Below, one piece after another: positions 37,194 through 46,288 of a DNA stretch of 55,874 nt (its first letter is position 1; every line of letters begins with the position of its first letter). This DNA comes from an uncultured Christensenella sp. GTDB taxonomy: Bacteria > Bacillota > Clostridia > Christensenellales > DTU072. The position numbers and the translations under genes were made by a program. A model generated the notes under the pieces. It did not search any database. It worked only from the letters and a program-made list of their open reading frames with translations, and was not told where the DNA came from. Where the stretch lies: contig CAYJBS010000003.1 in assembly GCA_964368435.1 (NCBI GenBank), positions 1 to 55,874 on the forward strand, written 5' to 3'.

Positions 37194-39859
37194 TGAAGAA
37201 CTATTATAATATGTCCGCAAAAGAAACGCTGACAACCTTGCAATCAAACGAAAACGGTTTAACAGAACAAGAGGCGCTTGCCCGTCTGGAGAAGAACGGC
37301 AAGAACGAACTGAACGAAGGCAAGAAAAAATCACTCATCGCAAAGTTTTTTGACCAGATGAAAGATGTGATGATTATCGTGCTTTTGGTGGCGGCAGCCG
37401 TCAGCGCAGTTATCGCAATAATTCGAAGAGAATATTCGGAACTGGTAGACAGCGGCATAATACTCATTATTGTGCTCGTCAACGCCTTTATCGGTTTGGC
37501 GCAGGAGAGCAAAGCCGAAGCGGCGCTGGAAGCGCTAAAGAACATGAACAAACCTCTCGCCAAGGTATTGCGCGGCGGCGAGGTACGAAAAATAAAGAGT
37601 AGCGACATAGTTGTCGGAGATATTGTCATACTTGAAGCAGGCGACAGTGTTCCTGCCGATATGAGACTGCTTTCCGGCGCATCGCTGAAGATAGAAGAAG
37701 CGGCGTTGACAGGCGAATCTGTACCGTCGGAGAAAGACATGGGCATCATCGAAAAAGAAGAAGTGCCCCTGGGAGACCGTCATAACATGGCGTTTTCTTC
37801 CGGCGCAGTATCTTATGGCAGAGGGCAGGGCGTCGTCGTTGGCACAGGTATGAATACCGAAGTCGGCAAGATTGCCGAAATGCTCAGCCAAAGCGATGAG
37901 CAACAGACACCGCTGCAAGTGCAACTTGCCAAGACCGCCAAGATACTCAGCATTATGGTGCTGGCTATTGCCGCCGTCATATTTGCTGTTGCCGTCATAA
38001 AAGCCGGCTCTTTTGCGGCAGACGTCATCATCGATTCCTTTATGACCGCCGTTGCCATAGCCGTGGCGGCTATTCCCGAAGGCTTGCCCGCAGTTGTCAC
38101 AATAGTGCTTGCAATAGGCGTTCAGCGCATGAGCGAACGAAAAGCAATCGTACGAAATCTCCCTGCTGTCGAGACGCTTGGTTGCTGCCAAATTATTTGC
38201 TCGGACAAGACGGGAACGCTTACGCTCAACCAAATGACCGTAAAAGAGCTATACACACTTCACAAAGGCGCCTTCACTGCAGACACACACGAAGAAAGCG
38301 CAAAAGACTTGCTCAACGGCATGGTGCTCTGTAACGATACGGTAATAAGCGGAGACAAACTGTTGGGCGACCCGACAGAAACGGCGCTTGTAGCTTATGC
38401 AAAGAATGTCGGCATAGATGTCGTCGCACTCAACAATCAAAACAAGAGAATTGACGAAATACCCTTTGACAGTTCAAGAAAGCTTATGAGTACCGTCAAT
38501 GAGTCATCCGAGGGTAAGACGGCATATATAAAAGGCGCGCCGGATATTTTGATTGGCAAATGCCTATATATCCAAGACGGCGACGCTGTTCGTGAAATCA
38601 CAGAAGAAGACAAAAAAGCCATAAGCAAAGCCAACAACGCCATGGCGACAAAGGCGCTGCGCGTACTTGCCGTGGCAATAAAGAAAAAAAATCTCGATAC
38701 CAAAACACTTGAAAGCGACATGGTTTTTGTAGGACTGGTAGGCATGATAGATCCGCCCAGACCGGAAGTCAAAGAAGCCGTAAGAGTTTGTAAAAAAGCA
38801 GGCATGACGGCTATTATGATAACAGGAGACCATATTGACACGGCATCGGCGATAGCAAAAGAGACGGGCATTCTCGACAAAGAGGAACAGCTTGTCATCA
38901 CCGGCGCTCAGCTTGATAAGCTCGGTGAAGAGGAATTCTTGAAAGACCTCGAAAAATACAGAGTCTTTGCTCGTGTAAGCCCCGAAAACAAGGTACGCAT
39001 CGTCAAGGCATTCAAATCGAAAGGTTATGTCGTGGCTATGACAGGTGACGGCGTCAACGACGCTCCGTCCATCAAGCAAGCCGACATTGGCATCGGCATG
39101 GGCATCACAGGTACGGACGTCAGCAAAGGCGCTTCCGACATGGTGCTTGCCGACGACAACTTCGCTACTATCATAAACGCCGTTGAAGAGGGCAGAAAGG
39201 TCTTCTCCAACATAAAGAAAGCCATTCAGTTCTTGCTTTCGGCAAACATAGCCGAGGTGCTTTGCCTGTTCATTGTCACGCTGTTTATGCCGCCGGAAGT
39301 ACATTTTTTGACACCGGTTATGATCCTTTGGGTAAACCTTGTCACCGACTCGCTGCCGGCATTGGCGCTCGGTATGGAAAAGGCAGAAAACAATGTCATG
39401 GATCAAGCGCCCCGCAAGCCCGGAGCCAGCCTTTTTGCAGGAAAAACCGGCGCCGACATAATTGTGCAGGGCATTATGCAAACGATACTTGTACTTGGTT
39501 CCTTCTTTATCGGGTATTTTGTGCTTGAGGATTATTTCCACATAGACGACAGACTGCCGATGACAATGGCGTTTGTTACGCTTTGTATGATTCAGCTCTT
39601 CCACGCTTACAACATGCGTTCGCCGGGCGAAAGTCTCTTCAAGAGCAATCCCCTTTCGAACAAATTCCTCAACCTTTCGTTTATTGTCGGTTCGGTACTG
39701 CTTGCCGCGGTGATAGTGCTGCCCTTTATGCGCGGCGCATTCAGCACGGTGTTTTTGCCTTTGCCGGCGCTTGCCATAAGTCTGGGTCTTGCTTTTATGA
39801 TTATACCTTTCGTAGAAGTGCAAAAATTAATGTATAACATTGTTATGAAGAAGAAATAG
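37193..39859 (+). CDS. Calcium-translocating P-type ATPase (type IIA, SERCA/PMCA-like)
   Basis: I prefer the ATG at 37193 (AAGGAG at 37182-37187); it overlaps the upstream TGA by 1 nt, and the track's TTG at 37190 is one codon earlier. The motifs are CSDKTGTLT (Asp codon 38204-38206), TGES, MITGDH and GDGVNDAP. The Ca2+-type TM4 IPEGLPAVVT and TM6 LWVNLVTDSLPALALG are also present. Confidence 0.95.
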   Translation: MKNYYNMSAKETLTTLQSNENGLTEQEALARLEKNGKNELNEGKKKSLIAKFFDQMKDVMIIVLLVAAAVSAVIAIIRREYSELVDSGIILIIVLVNAFIGLAQESKAEAALEALKNMNKPLAKVLRGGEVRKIKSSDIVVGDIVILEAGDSVPADMRLLSGASLKIEEAALTGESVPSEKDMGIIEKEEVPLGDRHNMAFSSGAVSYGRGQGVVVGTGMNTEVGKIAEMLSQSDEQQTPLQVQLAKTAKILSIMVLAIAAVIFAVAVIKAGSFAADVIIDSFMTAVAIAVAAIPEGLPAVVTIVLAIGVQRMSERKAIVRNLPAVETLGCCQIICSDKTGTLTLNQMTVKELYTLHKGAFTADTHEESAKDLLNGMVLCNDTVISGDKLLGDPTETALVAYAKNVGIDVVALNNQNKRIDEIPFDSSRKLMSTVNESSEGKTAYIKGAPDILIGKCLYIQDGDAVREITEEDKKAISKANNAMATKALRVLAVAIKKKNLDTKTLESDMVFVGLVGMIDPPRPEVKEAVRVCKKAGMTAIMITGDHIDTASAIAKETGILDKEEQLVITGAQLDKLGEEEFLKDLEKYRVFARVSPENKVRIVKAFKSKGYVVAMTGDGVNDAPSIKQADIGIGMGITGTDVSKGASDMVLADDNFATIINAVEEGRKVFSNIKKAIQFLLSANIAEVLCLFIVTLFMPPEVHFLTPVMILWVNLVTDSLPALALGMEKAENNVMDQAPRKPGASLFAGKTGADIIVQGIMQTILVLGSFFIGYFVLEDYFHIDDRLPMTMAFVTLCMIQLFHAYNMRSPGESLFKSNPLSNKFLNLSFIVGSVLLAAVIVLPFMRGAFSTVFLPLPALAISLGLAFMIIPFVEVQKLMYNIVMKKK

Positions 39860-39861
39860 AT

Positions 39862-41508
39862 ATGGAATATAAATTATTGACACCTGCCCAAGTATGGCAG
39901 GAATTCAATGACAGCAAAGAGGCATTGAATGCGCAAACGCTTGAAGAAGGTCAGGTTGACGGATTATCCGTCAGCTACGCTTCTTTCAACGCGCTTTCCG
40001 TTGCCGACGGAGAGGTGACAGCAGTTGCGCAAATCACCCGTGCAAGCGCAAGCAACAAGTATATTCTGATTGTCCAAAACTACAAAAAAGCTGTGCAACA
40101 AGAAGTTGTTGCCGATTTGGCGCGAAAGGGTTATACCGTGGTGGTGCCCGACTGCAGCGCAATCGGCGAAAAGTATAAAACCGTCTTCCCCAACTCGCTT
40201 GCTTACGGAAACGTCGACCAAGCAGGAGAACATCTAACCTATGTCTGCCCTACGGCGAAGGACACTTGTCAATATCTTTATTCCGTAATCGTGCGCCGCA
40301 CGATTACTTATATCATCGAAGCGTTGTCAGGCAAAGAAATACTGCTTATGGGCATAGGCGACGGCACAGAAGTAGCCATGCAGGTGGCAGGTATGGACGA
40401 ACGCATTTGCGGACTGACTCTCATAAACGGAGCCGGCTACAAAGAGTACAAAAGCTTGAACAAATACGGCAACAAGCAGGAGCTTCAAATCAACCAAAGA
40501 CTGCTTTGCTGGCTGACTGGCGTAGCATCGGTTGCTTATGCGAAACATGTGAAGGCGCCGGTGTTTGTGGCGATTTGTTCGAACAGCAAGAGTGCCGACA
40601 TCGACAGATTGTCGAACCTTTTTGGTCTGTTCCAAGAAAATCATGCTCGCATAAACATTACGCCAAGAGGAGTCGACACTATCCGCGCCGAAGCCTACAA
40701 ATCAATGCTCATGTGGATTGACGATGTTTTCAACAAAAACGACATTCCGTCACGCCCCAAGATTGATATCAGAGCCAGCGAAGAGAATCTATATCTGGAT
40801 ATTTACGGCGACAGCTGCCGCAACATAAAAGAAATCACAGCTTATTATTCCTACGGCGAGTACGATCATCTCGTGCGCAACTGGTACGAACAAAAATGCG
40901 AGGCTGTCAGCAAAAGCCAATATTTGGTCAAACTGGACATCGTAAATGACGAGGGTCCGATATTTGCCTTTTGCCAAATAACCTATAAAGACGGCTTCTC
41001 GATGTCCTCTTTTGAGGACTATACCGAATTGGACGGGTTGCAACTCAAAAAAACTGCAGACGAACTCAGTCGAATAGTATACGAAGGCGCCGCAGGCATC
41101 GGGGGCTTTTCTGAAGAAAGCAACAACGACATATTCCTTGAAGACGGTATAGCGCAGCAGCTGACACCGTTGGGACTAAAGGGCGTCACAAGCGCCTCAG
41201 GCGAACTGGTAAACTACGAAATAGGTAGACAGGCTGAGTATAACAAGGGCAGGATATTACAAATTGATGTTTATTCGCAAAAGGAAGTCAACCTCGGAAT
41301 AAAACTATTGGTGAAATTCGACGAAACCGTGGAAGAATACGTTACAGAAGGGTTTTTGAAAGGCTCAAGCGGCGCATTCATCAGCCAAAAATTTTCCGCC
41401 AATGAATTCAAGAACAGCAAGTTGATGGCGCTGGAAGACTGGGACAAAGTAAAAGCCATAAAGATTGACGGGAAAGAAATAATTATTGGCAAGATATTGT
41501 TTATTTAG
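39862..41508 (+). CDS. Hypothetical protein with an AXE1/alpha-beta-hydrolase-like N-terminal half and no obvious nucleophile
   Basis: The ORF is 548 aa and starts 2 nt after the ATPase stop. The N-terminal layout (LTPAQVWQEFNDSKEAL ... ILIVQNY ... GYTVVVPD ... LLMGIGDGTEVAMQVAG) resembles acetyl-xylan-esterase-type hydrolases. The nucleophile elbow reads G-I-G-D-G rather than G-x-S-x-G. There is no signal peptide. Confidence 0.7.
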   Translation: MEYKLLTPAQVWQEFNDSKEALNAQTLEEGQVDGLSVSYASFNALSVADGEVTAVAQITRASASNKYILIVQNYKKAVQQEVVADLARKGYTVVVPDCSAIGEKYKTVFPNSLAYGNVDQAGEHLTYVCPTAKDTCQYLYSVIVRRTITYIIEALSGKEILLMGIGDGTEVAMQVAGMDERICGLTLINGAGYKEYKSLNKYGNKQELQINQRLLCWLTGVASVAYAKHVKAPVFVAICSNSKSADIDRLSNLFGLFQENHARINITPRGVDTIRAEAYKSMLMWIDDVFNKNDIPSRPKIDIRASEENLYLDIYGDSCRNIKEITAYYSYGEYDHLVRNWYEQKCEAVSKSQYLVKLDIVNDEGPIFAFCQITYKDGFSMSSFEDYTELDGLQLKKTADELSRIVYEGAAGIGGFSEESNNDIFLEDGIAQQLTPLGLKGVTSASGELVNYEIGRQAEYNKGRILQIDVYSQKEVNLGIKLLVKFDETVEEYVTEGFLKGSSGAFISQKFSANEFKNSKLMALEDWDKVKAIKIDGKEIIIGKILFI

Positions 41509-41516
41509 GAGAAGAA

Positions 41517-42053
41517 ATGGAAAAAAGAGCAAAGGGTTTTATAGTATTTGTTATTATAGTTTGTCTTGCTTGCATGGCAACGGCTTTCTATATAAGCAGG
41601 TACAAACTCGTAGTTTTTCCTATCGAAGGTTCCTCGATGGAACCCAATGTCCATGACGGGGATAGGGTGCTGGTATACCGCACAAAAAAAATCAAACATG
41701 GTGATGTTATTGTATTTAATTCGGTGTCATTCAATAAACGCCTAATAAAAAGAGTCATCGGTCTTGAGGGCGACACAATAGAAATAAGACATAATGACAC
41801 CCAAAATATCTACCAAATTTACCGCAACGGAGTAAGACTCGAAGAGGATTATATAAACGAGCCAATCACCAGAACTTATTACGAAATGTCTATTGTCGTG
41901 CCTAAAAACCAGATATTTTTTCTCGGCGACAACCGCAATGTGTCGCAGGACAGCCATATGGGTGAAGTTACCGAGGACATATCGCTGATTGAAGGCAAGG
42001 TCATCATGCGTTATAAGGGGATAAATGTGAACTTCCTTGAGATAAGCGCATAA
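41517..42053 (+). CDS. lepB: Signal peptidase I
   Basis: AGGAG lies 5 nt upstream and there is an N-terminal TM anchor. The SPase I boxes are present: GSSMEP (Ser), GDRVLV, IKRVIGLEGD (Lys) and GDNRNVSQDSH. Confidence 0.93.
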   Translation: MEKRAKGFIVFVIIVCLACMATAFYISRYKLVVFPIEGSSMEPNVHDGDRVLVYRTKKIKHGDVIVFNSVSFNKRLIKRVIGLEGDTIEIRHNDTQNIYQIYRNGVRLEEDYINEPITRTYYEMSIVVPKNQIFFLGDNRNVSQDSHMGEVTEDISLIEGKVIMRYKGINVNFLEISA

Positions 42054-42093
42054 AAGCCTTATTTCCCCAAAATTAGCCATAGATTCCCATCAT

Positions 42094-42130
42094 AAAGGTT
42101 CTACACTAAGAAAGATGCAGAACCTTTTTT
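42094..42130 (+). terminator. Rho-independent terminator candidate after lepB
   Basis: There is a perfect 8-bp stem, AAGGTTCT (42095-42102) with AGAACCTT (42119-42126), and a 16-nt loop. A run of six T (42125-42130) follows. Confidence 0.6.
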
Positions 42131-42142
42131 GTTGGGTGGAAA

Positions 42143-44398
42143 ATGAATAAAAAACCTTTGCTTTATACCTCATATTTTGTCATTTTATTGATGCTTTTTT
42201 TTGTGGAAAAAAATATGGGCATACGTCCCTTTGCTTTGGGATTTTTCATGGCGCTGCTTTTTTGCCGACAAAATATTCTGATACTTTGTCCGATTTTTGC
42301 CGCGGCATCGATGATTGTCGAGCCTACCGTACTCAATCTGATTTTTGCATTTACGCCTTGCGCTGTGGCATTGGCGGCGCATTTTTTGCATTATAAGCTA
42401 AAAAAGAAAATAACTATGCTGTTTTTGAGCATATATACCTTTCTGAGCTGCGCACCGCTGTTTATTATGTATACAGCGGATATTTATCAGATAACCAACA
42501 CCGTTATCACGGCTTTAGGAGCAGAGGCATTTTTGTTTTGCTGCGCCACTTTCTTAAATCCGCTTTTGAGCCGTGGCTTGAAGTATAAGCTGCGCCACGA
42601 AGAAAGACTGTCGATGTATCTGTTTCTTATCGTAGTGTTCACATCATTAAGTTTCTTTGAGCCTTTCGGCTTTGCTGTGGTGTTTACCATTGCTGTTTTT
42701 GCCGTGATTTTGTGTAAACAGACGCTTTATCCCCTTACGCTTTTGACAGCGTCGGTGTTTGGTATCGGCTCGGCAATAGCCACTCACTCATTTTTTGCGT
42801 TGGCTATGCTGATGTGCCTTGCGCTGGTGGCGATGGCATTCAAAAGAAACAACATATACATAACGGCATCGGGCGTCATATTGGCGTTTTTCGGCATAAA
42901 TTATTTTTTCGGCAAAGGTATTTCACTGATGACGGTGTTGCCGTTTGTTTCGGGCGGAGCTTTGGCTCTTTTTGTGCCGCCGTCGCTTATCCGCAAAATA
43001 AAGAAAATTGAATCAATAAACTTGGCAGGCTTTTCGACACGCACACTTCTCAACCGTGACCGCGGCGACGTGGCGAAGAGGCTGAACGGGCTTTCTATGA
43101 TTTTTTATGACATTCAAGACATTTTGAAATCCGACTTGAGTCGCAAAAAAACCAACTATGACGAAAAGCTGATAACACGGGAGGTGTGCAACAAATGTTG
43201 CTATAACTGCCCGTATAATGCCAACTGCCGTGAAAAGATAGGTGATACATCCTACCCCGTTTCGGCATTGGTGCTGGCGGCAATGGAGGGCGGCAATGCG
43301 ACGCTTCTCGACACTCCGCCGATGTTGACAAGCCAATGCAAAAGGGTAAACAGCCTTATCACTTCGACCAACGATACGGTGTCAAGATATAAAAAACGGC
43401 AACAAATAGAGCAATCAATCGAGCAGGGACGTGAGATGATAATATCCCAAATGGGAGGAGTAGGACTCATTCTCGAGAAACTTGGCGAGGATATGCGCGC
43501 CTGCGTAAGCTATGACACTTTGCTCGAAAAAGCCATTTTCGAGGAGTTGTGCCGCATCAGTATTCTTGCCGATGACATAATAGTTTTCGGCAGAAATAAG
43601 CGTATAGACAGAATAACGCTGAACGTCAAAGAGGTTGATGCCAATCGAAAGGAAATAGCCGAAATCCTTTCAGATATGATGCAAAAAAGAATGCAGGAAC
43701 ATTCAAGAGAGAATAGCATAAAAGGCAATGTCATTTTGCACTTTATTGTGGCTCCCGAGTTCGATATTGTGTACGGTGATATGGCATTGGCAAAAGAGGG
43801 ACAATGCGGCGACAGCAGAAAGGCGGAACGCATTGCCGAAGACAAGGTCATGCTGATTCTATCCGACGGAATGGGTAGCGGACAAAGGGCATATGACGCT
43901 TCCATGAACGCCATCATAATGATAGAACGCTTCTATAAAGCAGGCTTTGATCATAACACTGTGCTTTCTTGTGTCGGGCGGTTGTTGGGACTGCGAGAAG
44001 AGGAGGAGTTCAACGCGCTGGATATTGTCGTCATCGATGTGGCAAACGGCAACGCAGACTTCATAAAGCAAGGTGGCAGAGAAAGTTTCATTTTGTCAAA
44101 TGCCAATGTCGAGGTCATTCAATGCGGCAGTTTGCCGCTAGGCATTGTCGATGAGGTTTATCCGATAGTAGAACAAAGGAAACTTTCCGACGGTGATATA
44201 ATCGTGCTTGTCTCCGATGGCATAGCTGATATTTTGGGCGCCGATATGATAAAGGAAATACTGCTGACCTCCGACACCGTCAATCCTCAGGTATTCGCCG
44301 AACTTATTGTCTATAATGCCGAGAGGTTGCGAGGCGACAGACCGCTTGACGATATGTCGTGTATAGCCGCAAGAATTTTCAGAACACATACCGATTAA
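42143..44398 (+). CDS. spoIIE: Stage II sporulation protein E (membrane PP2C phosphatase)
   Basis: The N-terminal half is a ~10-TM hydrophobic region. The C-terminal half is a PP2C domain with LILSDGMGSGQRA, DIVVIDVANG, VLVSDGIADIL and DDMSCIAARI. Confidence 0.9.
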   Translation: MNKKPLLYTSYFVILLMLFFVEKNMGIRPFALGFFMALLFCRQNILILCPIFAAASMIVEPTVLNLIFAFTPCAVALAAHFLHYKLKKKITMLFLSIYTFLSCAPLFIMYTADIYQITNTVITALGAEAFLFCCATFLNPLLSRGLKYKLRHEERLSMYLFLIVVFTSLSFFEPFGFAVVFTIAVFAVILCKQTLYPLTLLTASVFGIGSAIATHSFFALAMLMCLALVAMAFKRNNIYITASGVILAFFGINYFFGKGISLMTVLPFVSGGALALFVPPSLIRKIKKIESINLAGFSTRTLLNRDRGDVAKRLNGLSMIFYDIQDILKSDLSRKKTNYDEKLITREVCNKCCYNCPYNANCREKIGDTSYPVSALVLAAMEGGNATLLDTPPMLTSQCKRVNSLITSTNDTVSRYKKRQQIEQSIEQGREMIISQMGGVGLILEKLGEDMRACVSYDTLLEKAIFEELCRISILADDIIVFGRNKRIDRITLNVKEVDANRKEIAEILSDMMQKRMQEHSRENSIKGNVILHFIVAPEFDIVYGDMALAKEGQCGDSRKAERIAEDKVMLILSDGMGSGQRAYDASMNAIIMIERFYKAGFDHNTVLSCVGRLLGLREEEEFNALDIVVIDVANGNADFIKQGGRESFILSNANVEVIQCGSLPLGIVDEVYPIVEQRKLSDGDIIVLVSDGIADILGADMIKEILLTSDTVNPQVFAELIVYNAERLRGDRPLDDMSCIAARIFRTHTD

Positions 44399-44440
44399 AG
44401 TTTCAAACAAGCTTTCGTTTGGTTGGATTGGCATTTTGTC

Positions 44441-44470
44441 TTGATATACCCTTGTGTTTGGGTTTATAAT
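44441..44470 (+). promoter_or_regulatory. Sigma-A-type promoter candidate immediately upstream of tilS
   Basis: TTGATA (44441-44446), an 18-nt spacer, then TATAAT (44465-44470). The tilS ATG starts at 44477, about where the transcript would begin. Confidence 0.45.
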
Positions 44471-44476
44471 ATCTAT

Positions 44477-45742
44477 ATGCAAATAAAAATTCCACAAGGA
44501 AAAATCGGCGTAGGAGTATCCGGCGGAGCAGACTCAATGGTACTACTCAGCCTGCTGAAAAGTTGCGACGCCGATATTTTTGCCATAAACATTGAACACG
44601 GCATAAGAGGCGCCGACTCAAAAAGCGACAGCGGTTTCGTCGCTGATTTTTGTGCGGACAGCGGCATTGAACTTCTTTGTTTCTCCGTAGATACCCTAAG
44701 TCAAAGCAAAAATACCAAGCAATCAATAGAGTTGACTGCGCGCAAACTCCGTTATGAAATATTTGATAAGATTTTGCAGGACAAAAAAGCCGACTATATC
44801 GCGCTTGCGCACCATGCCAACGACAATGCCGAAACCATTCTCATGCGCATACTTCGCGGCACCGGCATAAGAGGATTGAAGGGAATAACCGACAGAAACG
44901 GCTATATTCATCCGCTAATAAATTTCAGCCGCAAAGAAATCGAGCGATACGCCGAACAAAACGGCATACCGTATATAACCGACAGCACAAACCTCGAAAA
45001 CGACTATACCAGGAATTTTTTGCGCAACAAGGTTTTCTTTACGCTTTCAAAAAAGTTTGATAATATAGAAAACAGCTTTTCTAGACTTGCCGCCAATGCC
45101 GCCGAGACCGAGGATTTTTTGCGTACGCAACTACTTGACATAAAAGAAGCAAAAGACGGACTATATCTGGACATCGAGCAGTTCGAAGAAGCGCACAGCC
45201 TAATCAAGAAGTATAGCATAAATGAATTGTTGTCAAGGATGGGCGCAGTTCAGGATATCGAGAGCAGACACTTGGAGTATGTAATAAGCCTTTGCGAAAA
45301 AAAGAACAACGCCTTTATTGATTTACCTTTCGGCATAACGGCAATCAAAGAATACGACAAACTGGTTTTTCGTAAATTTACAGCAAAGGAGAGCTTTTAT
45401 CAATATTTCAGCCTTGACGGAGCTTATGTTTTCGACGGATATTGCTATAGCTTTGAAAAAACCGAAAAGATAGAAAATGGCATATCATTTGACGCAGAAA
45501 AGATACCCAAAGACGCAGTTATCAGAACACGTCAAGACGGCGACACCTTCAAAAGGTGCGGTGGCAGAACAAAAAAGCTCAACGATTTTCTCACCGATAC
45601 AAAAATGCCTGTTTCGGAAAGGGACAAGCTGCTGGTCATTGCTCAAGAGGGCGAAGTGTTGGCGGTGATGGGTGTCGAGATAGCCGACAAAATAAAAATT
45701 GACAAAAACACAAAAGAAATAATAAAAATAATAAAGGAGTAA
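44477..45742 (+). CDS. tilS: tRNA(Ile)-lysidine synthetase
   Basis: The PP-loop motif GVGVSGGADSMVLL lies 10 residues after the ATG at 44477. Other matches are ALAHHANDNAETILMRILRG and the C-terminal TilS motif RTRQDGDTF...KKLNDFLTD. The track's TTG at 44423 adds an atypical 18-aa leader. Confidence 0.9.
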   Translation: MQIKIPQGKIGVGVSGGADSMVLLSLLKSCDADIFAINIEHGIRGADSKSDSGFVADFCADSGIELLCFSVDTLSQSKNTKQSIELTARKLRYEIFDKILQDKKADYIALAHHANDNAETILMRILRGTGIRGLKGITDRNGYIHPLINFSRKEIERYAEQNGIPYITDSTNLENDYTRNFLRNKVFFTLSKKFDNIENSFSRLAANAAETEDFLRTQLLDIKEAKDGLYLDIEQFEEAHSLIKKYSINELLSRMGAVQDIESRHLEYVISLCEKKNNAFIDLPFGITAIKEYDKLVFRKFTAKESFYQYFSLDGAYVFDGYCYSFEKTEKIENGISFDAEKIPKDAVIRTRQDGDTFKRCGGRTKKLNDFLTDTKMPVSERDKLLVIAQEGEVLAVMGVEIADKIKIDKNTKEIIKIIKE

Positions 45743-45745
45743 TTT

Positions 45746-46288
45746 ATGCTGCACAAAGACATCAAAAACGTGCTGATTACAGCAGAAGAAATACAAAGGA
45801 GAACCGATGAGATTGCCGAGCGCATCTCAAAGGACTATGAGGGCGAATCGATACTTATGGTTTGTATATTGCGGGGAGCGGTGCTGTTTTTTGCCGACCT
45901 CGTCAGAAAAATAAACACCGAAATAAATTTTGATTTTATGTCGGTATCCAGCTATGGAGCAGGTGTATCTTCCAGCGGAGAGGTAAGAATATTGAAAGAC
46001 ATAAGCGGACCCATCGAAGGAAAGAACATCATAATTGTTGAAGACATAATAGACAGCGGCAACACCTTGTGCTATCTGAAAAGGCTGCTGAAGCAGAGAA
46101 ATCCGAAATCCATAAAGGTAGTGGCGCTGCTTGACAAGCCCGAGAGACGCGAGGCGGATATTGTCGGCGATTATATCGGCTTCAGTGTGCCCAATGAATT
46201 TGTTGTCGGTTATGGACTTGACTATAACGAGAAATATCGCAACCTTCCCGATGTCTGCGTGTTGAAACCGGAGGTCTATGAAAAATGA
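45746..46288 (+). CDS. hpt: Hypoxanthine phosphoribosyltransferase
   Basis: AAGGAG lies 6 nt upstream. The PRPP-binding motif IIIVEDIIDSGNTL is present, as are FVVGYGLDYNEKYRNLP and a typical length of 180 aa. Confidence 0.95.
   Translation: MLHKDIKNVLITAEEIQRRTDEIAERISKDYEGESILMVCILRGAVLFFADLVRKINTEINFDFMSVSSYGAGVSSSGEVRILKDISGPIEGKNIIIVEDIIDSGNTLCYLKRLLKQRNPKSIKVVALLDKPERREADIVGDYIGFSVPNEFVVGYGLDYNEKYRNLPDVCVLKPEVYEK

Noticed and set aside
42054-42142. I searched for a spoIIE promoter and Spo0A boxes (TGTCGAA/TTCGACA) upstream of spoIIE.
   Set aside because: There is no convincing -35/-10 pair or 0A box in the 89-nt gap. The terminator-like hairpin ends only 12 nt before the ATG. The nearest 0A-like string (TGTCGCA at ~41941) is inside lepB and has a mismatch. 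The source of spoIIE transcription remains unresolved from sequence alone.
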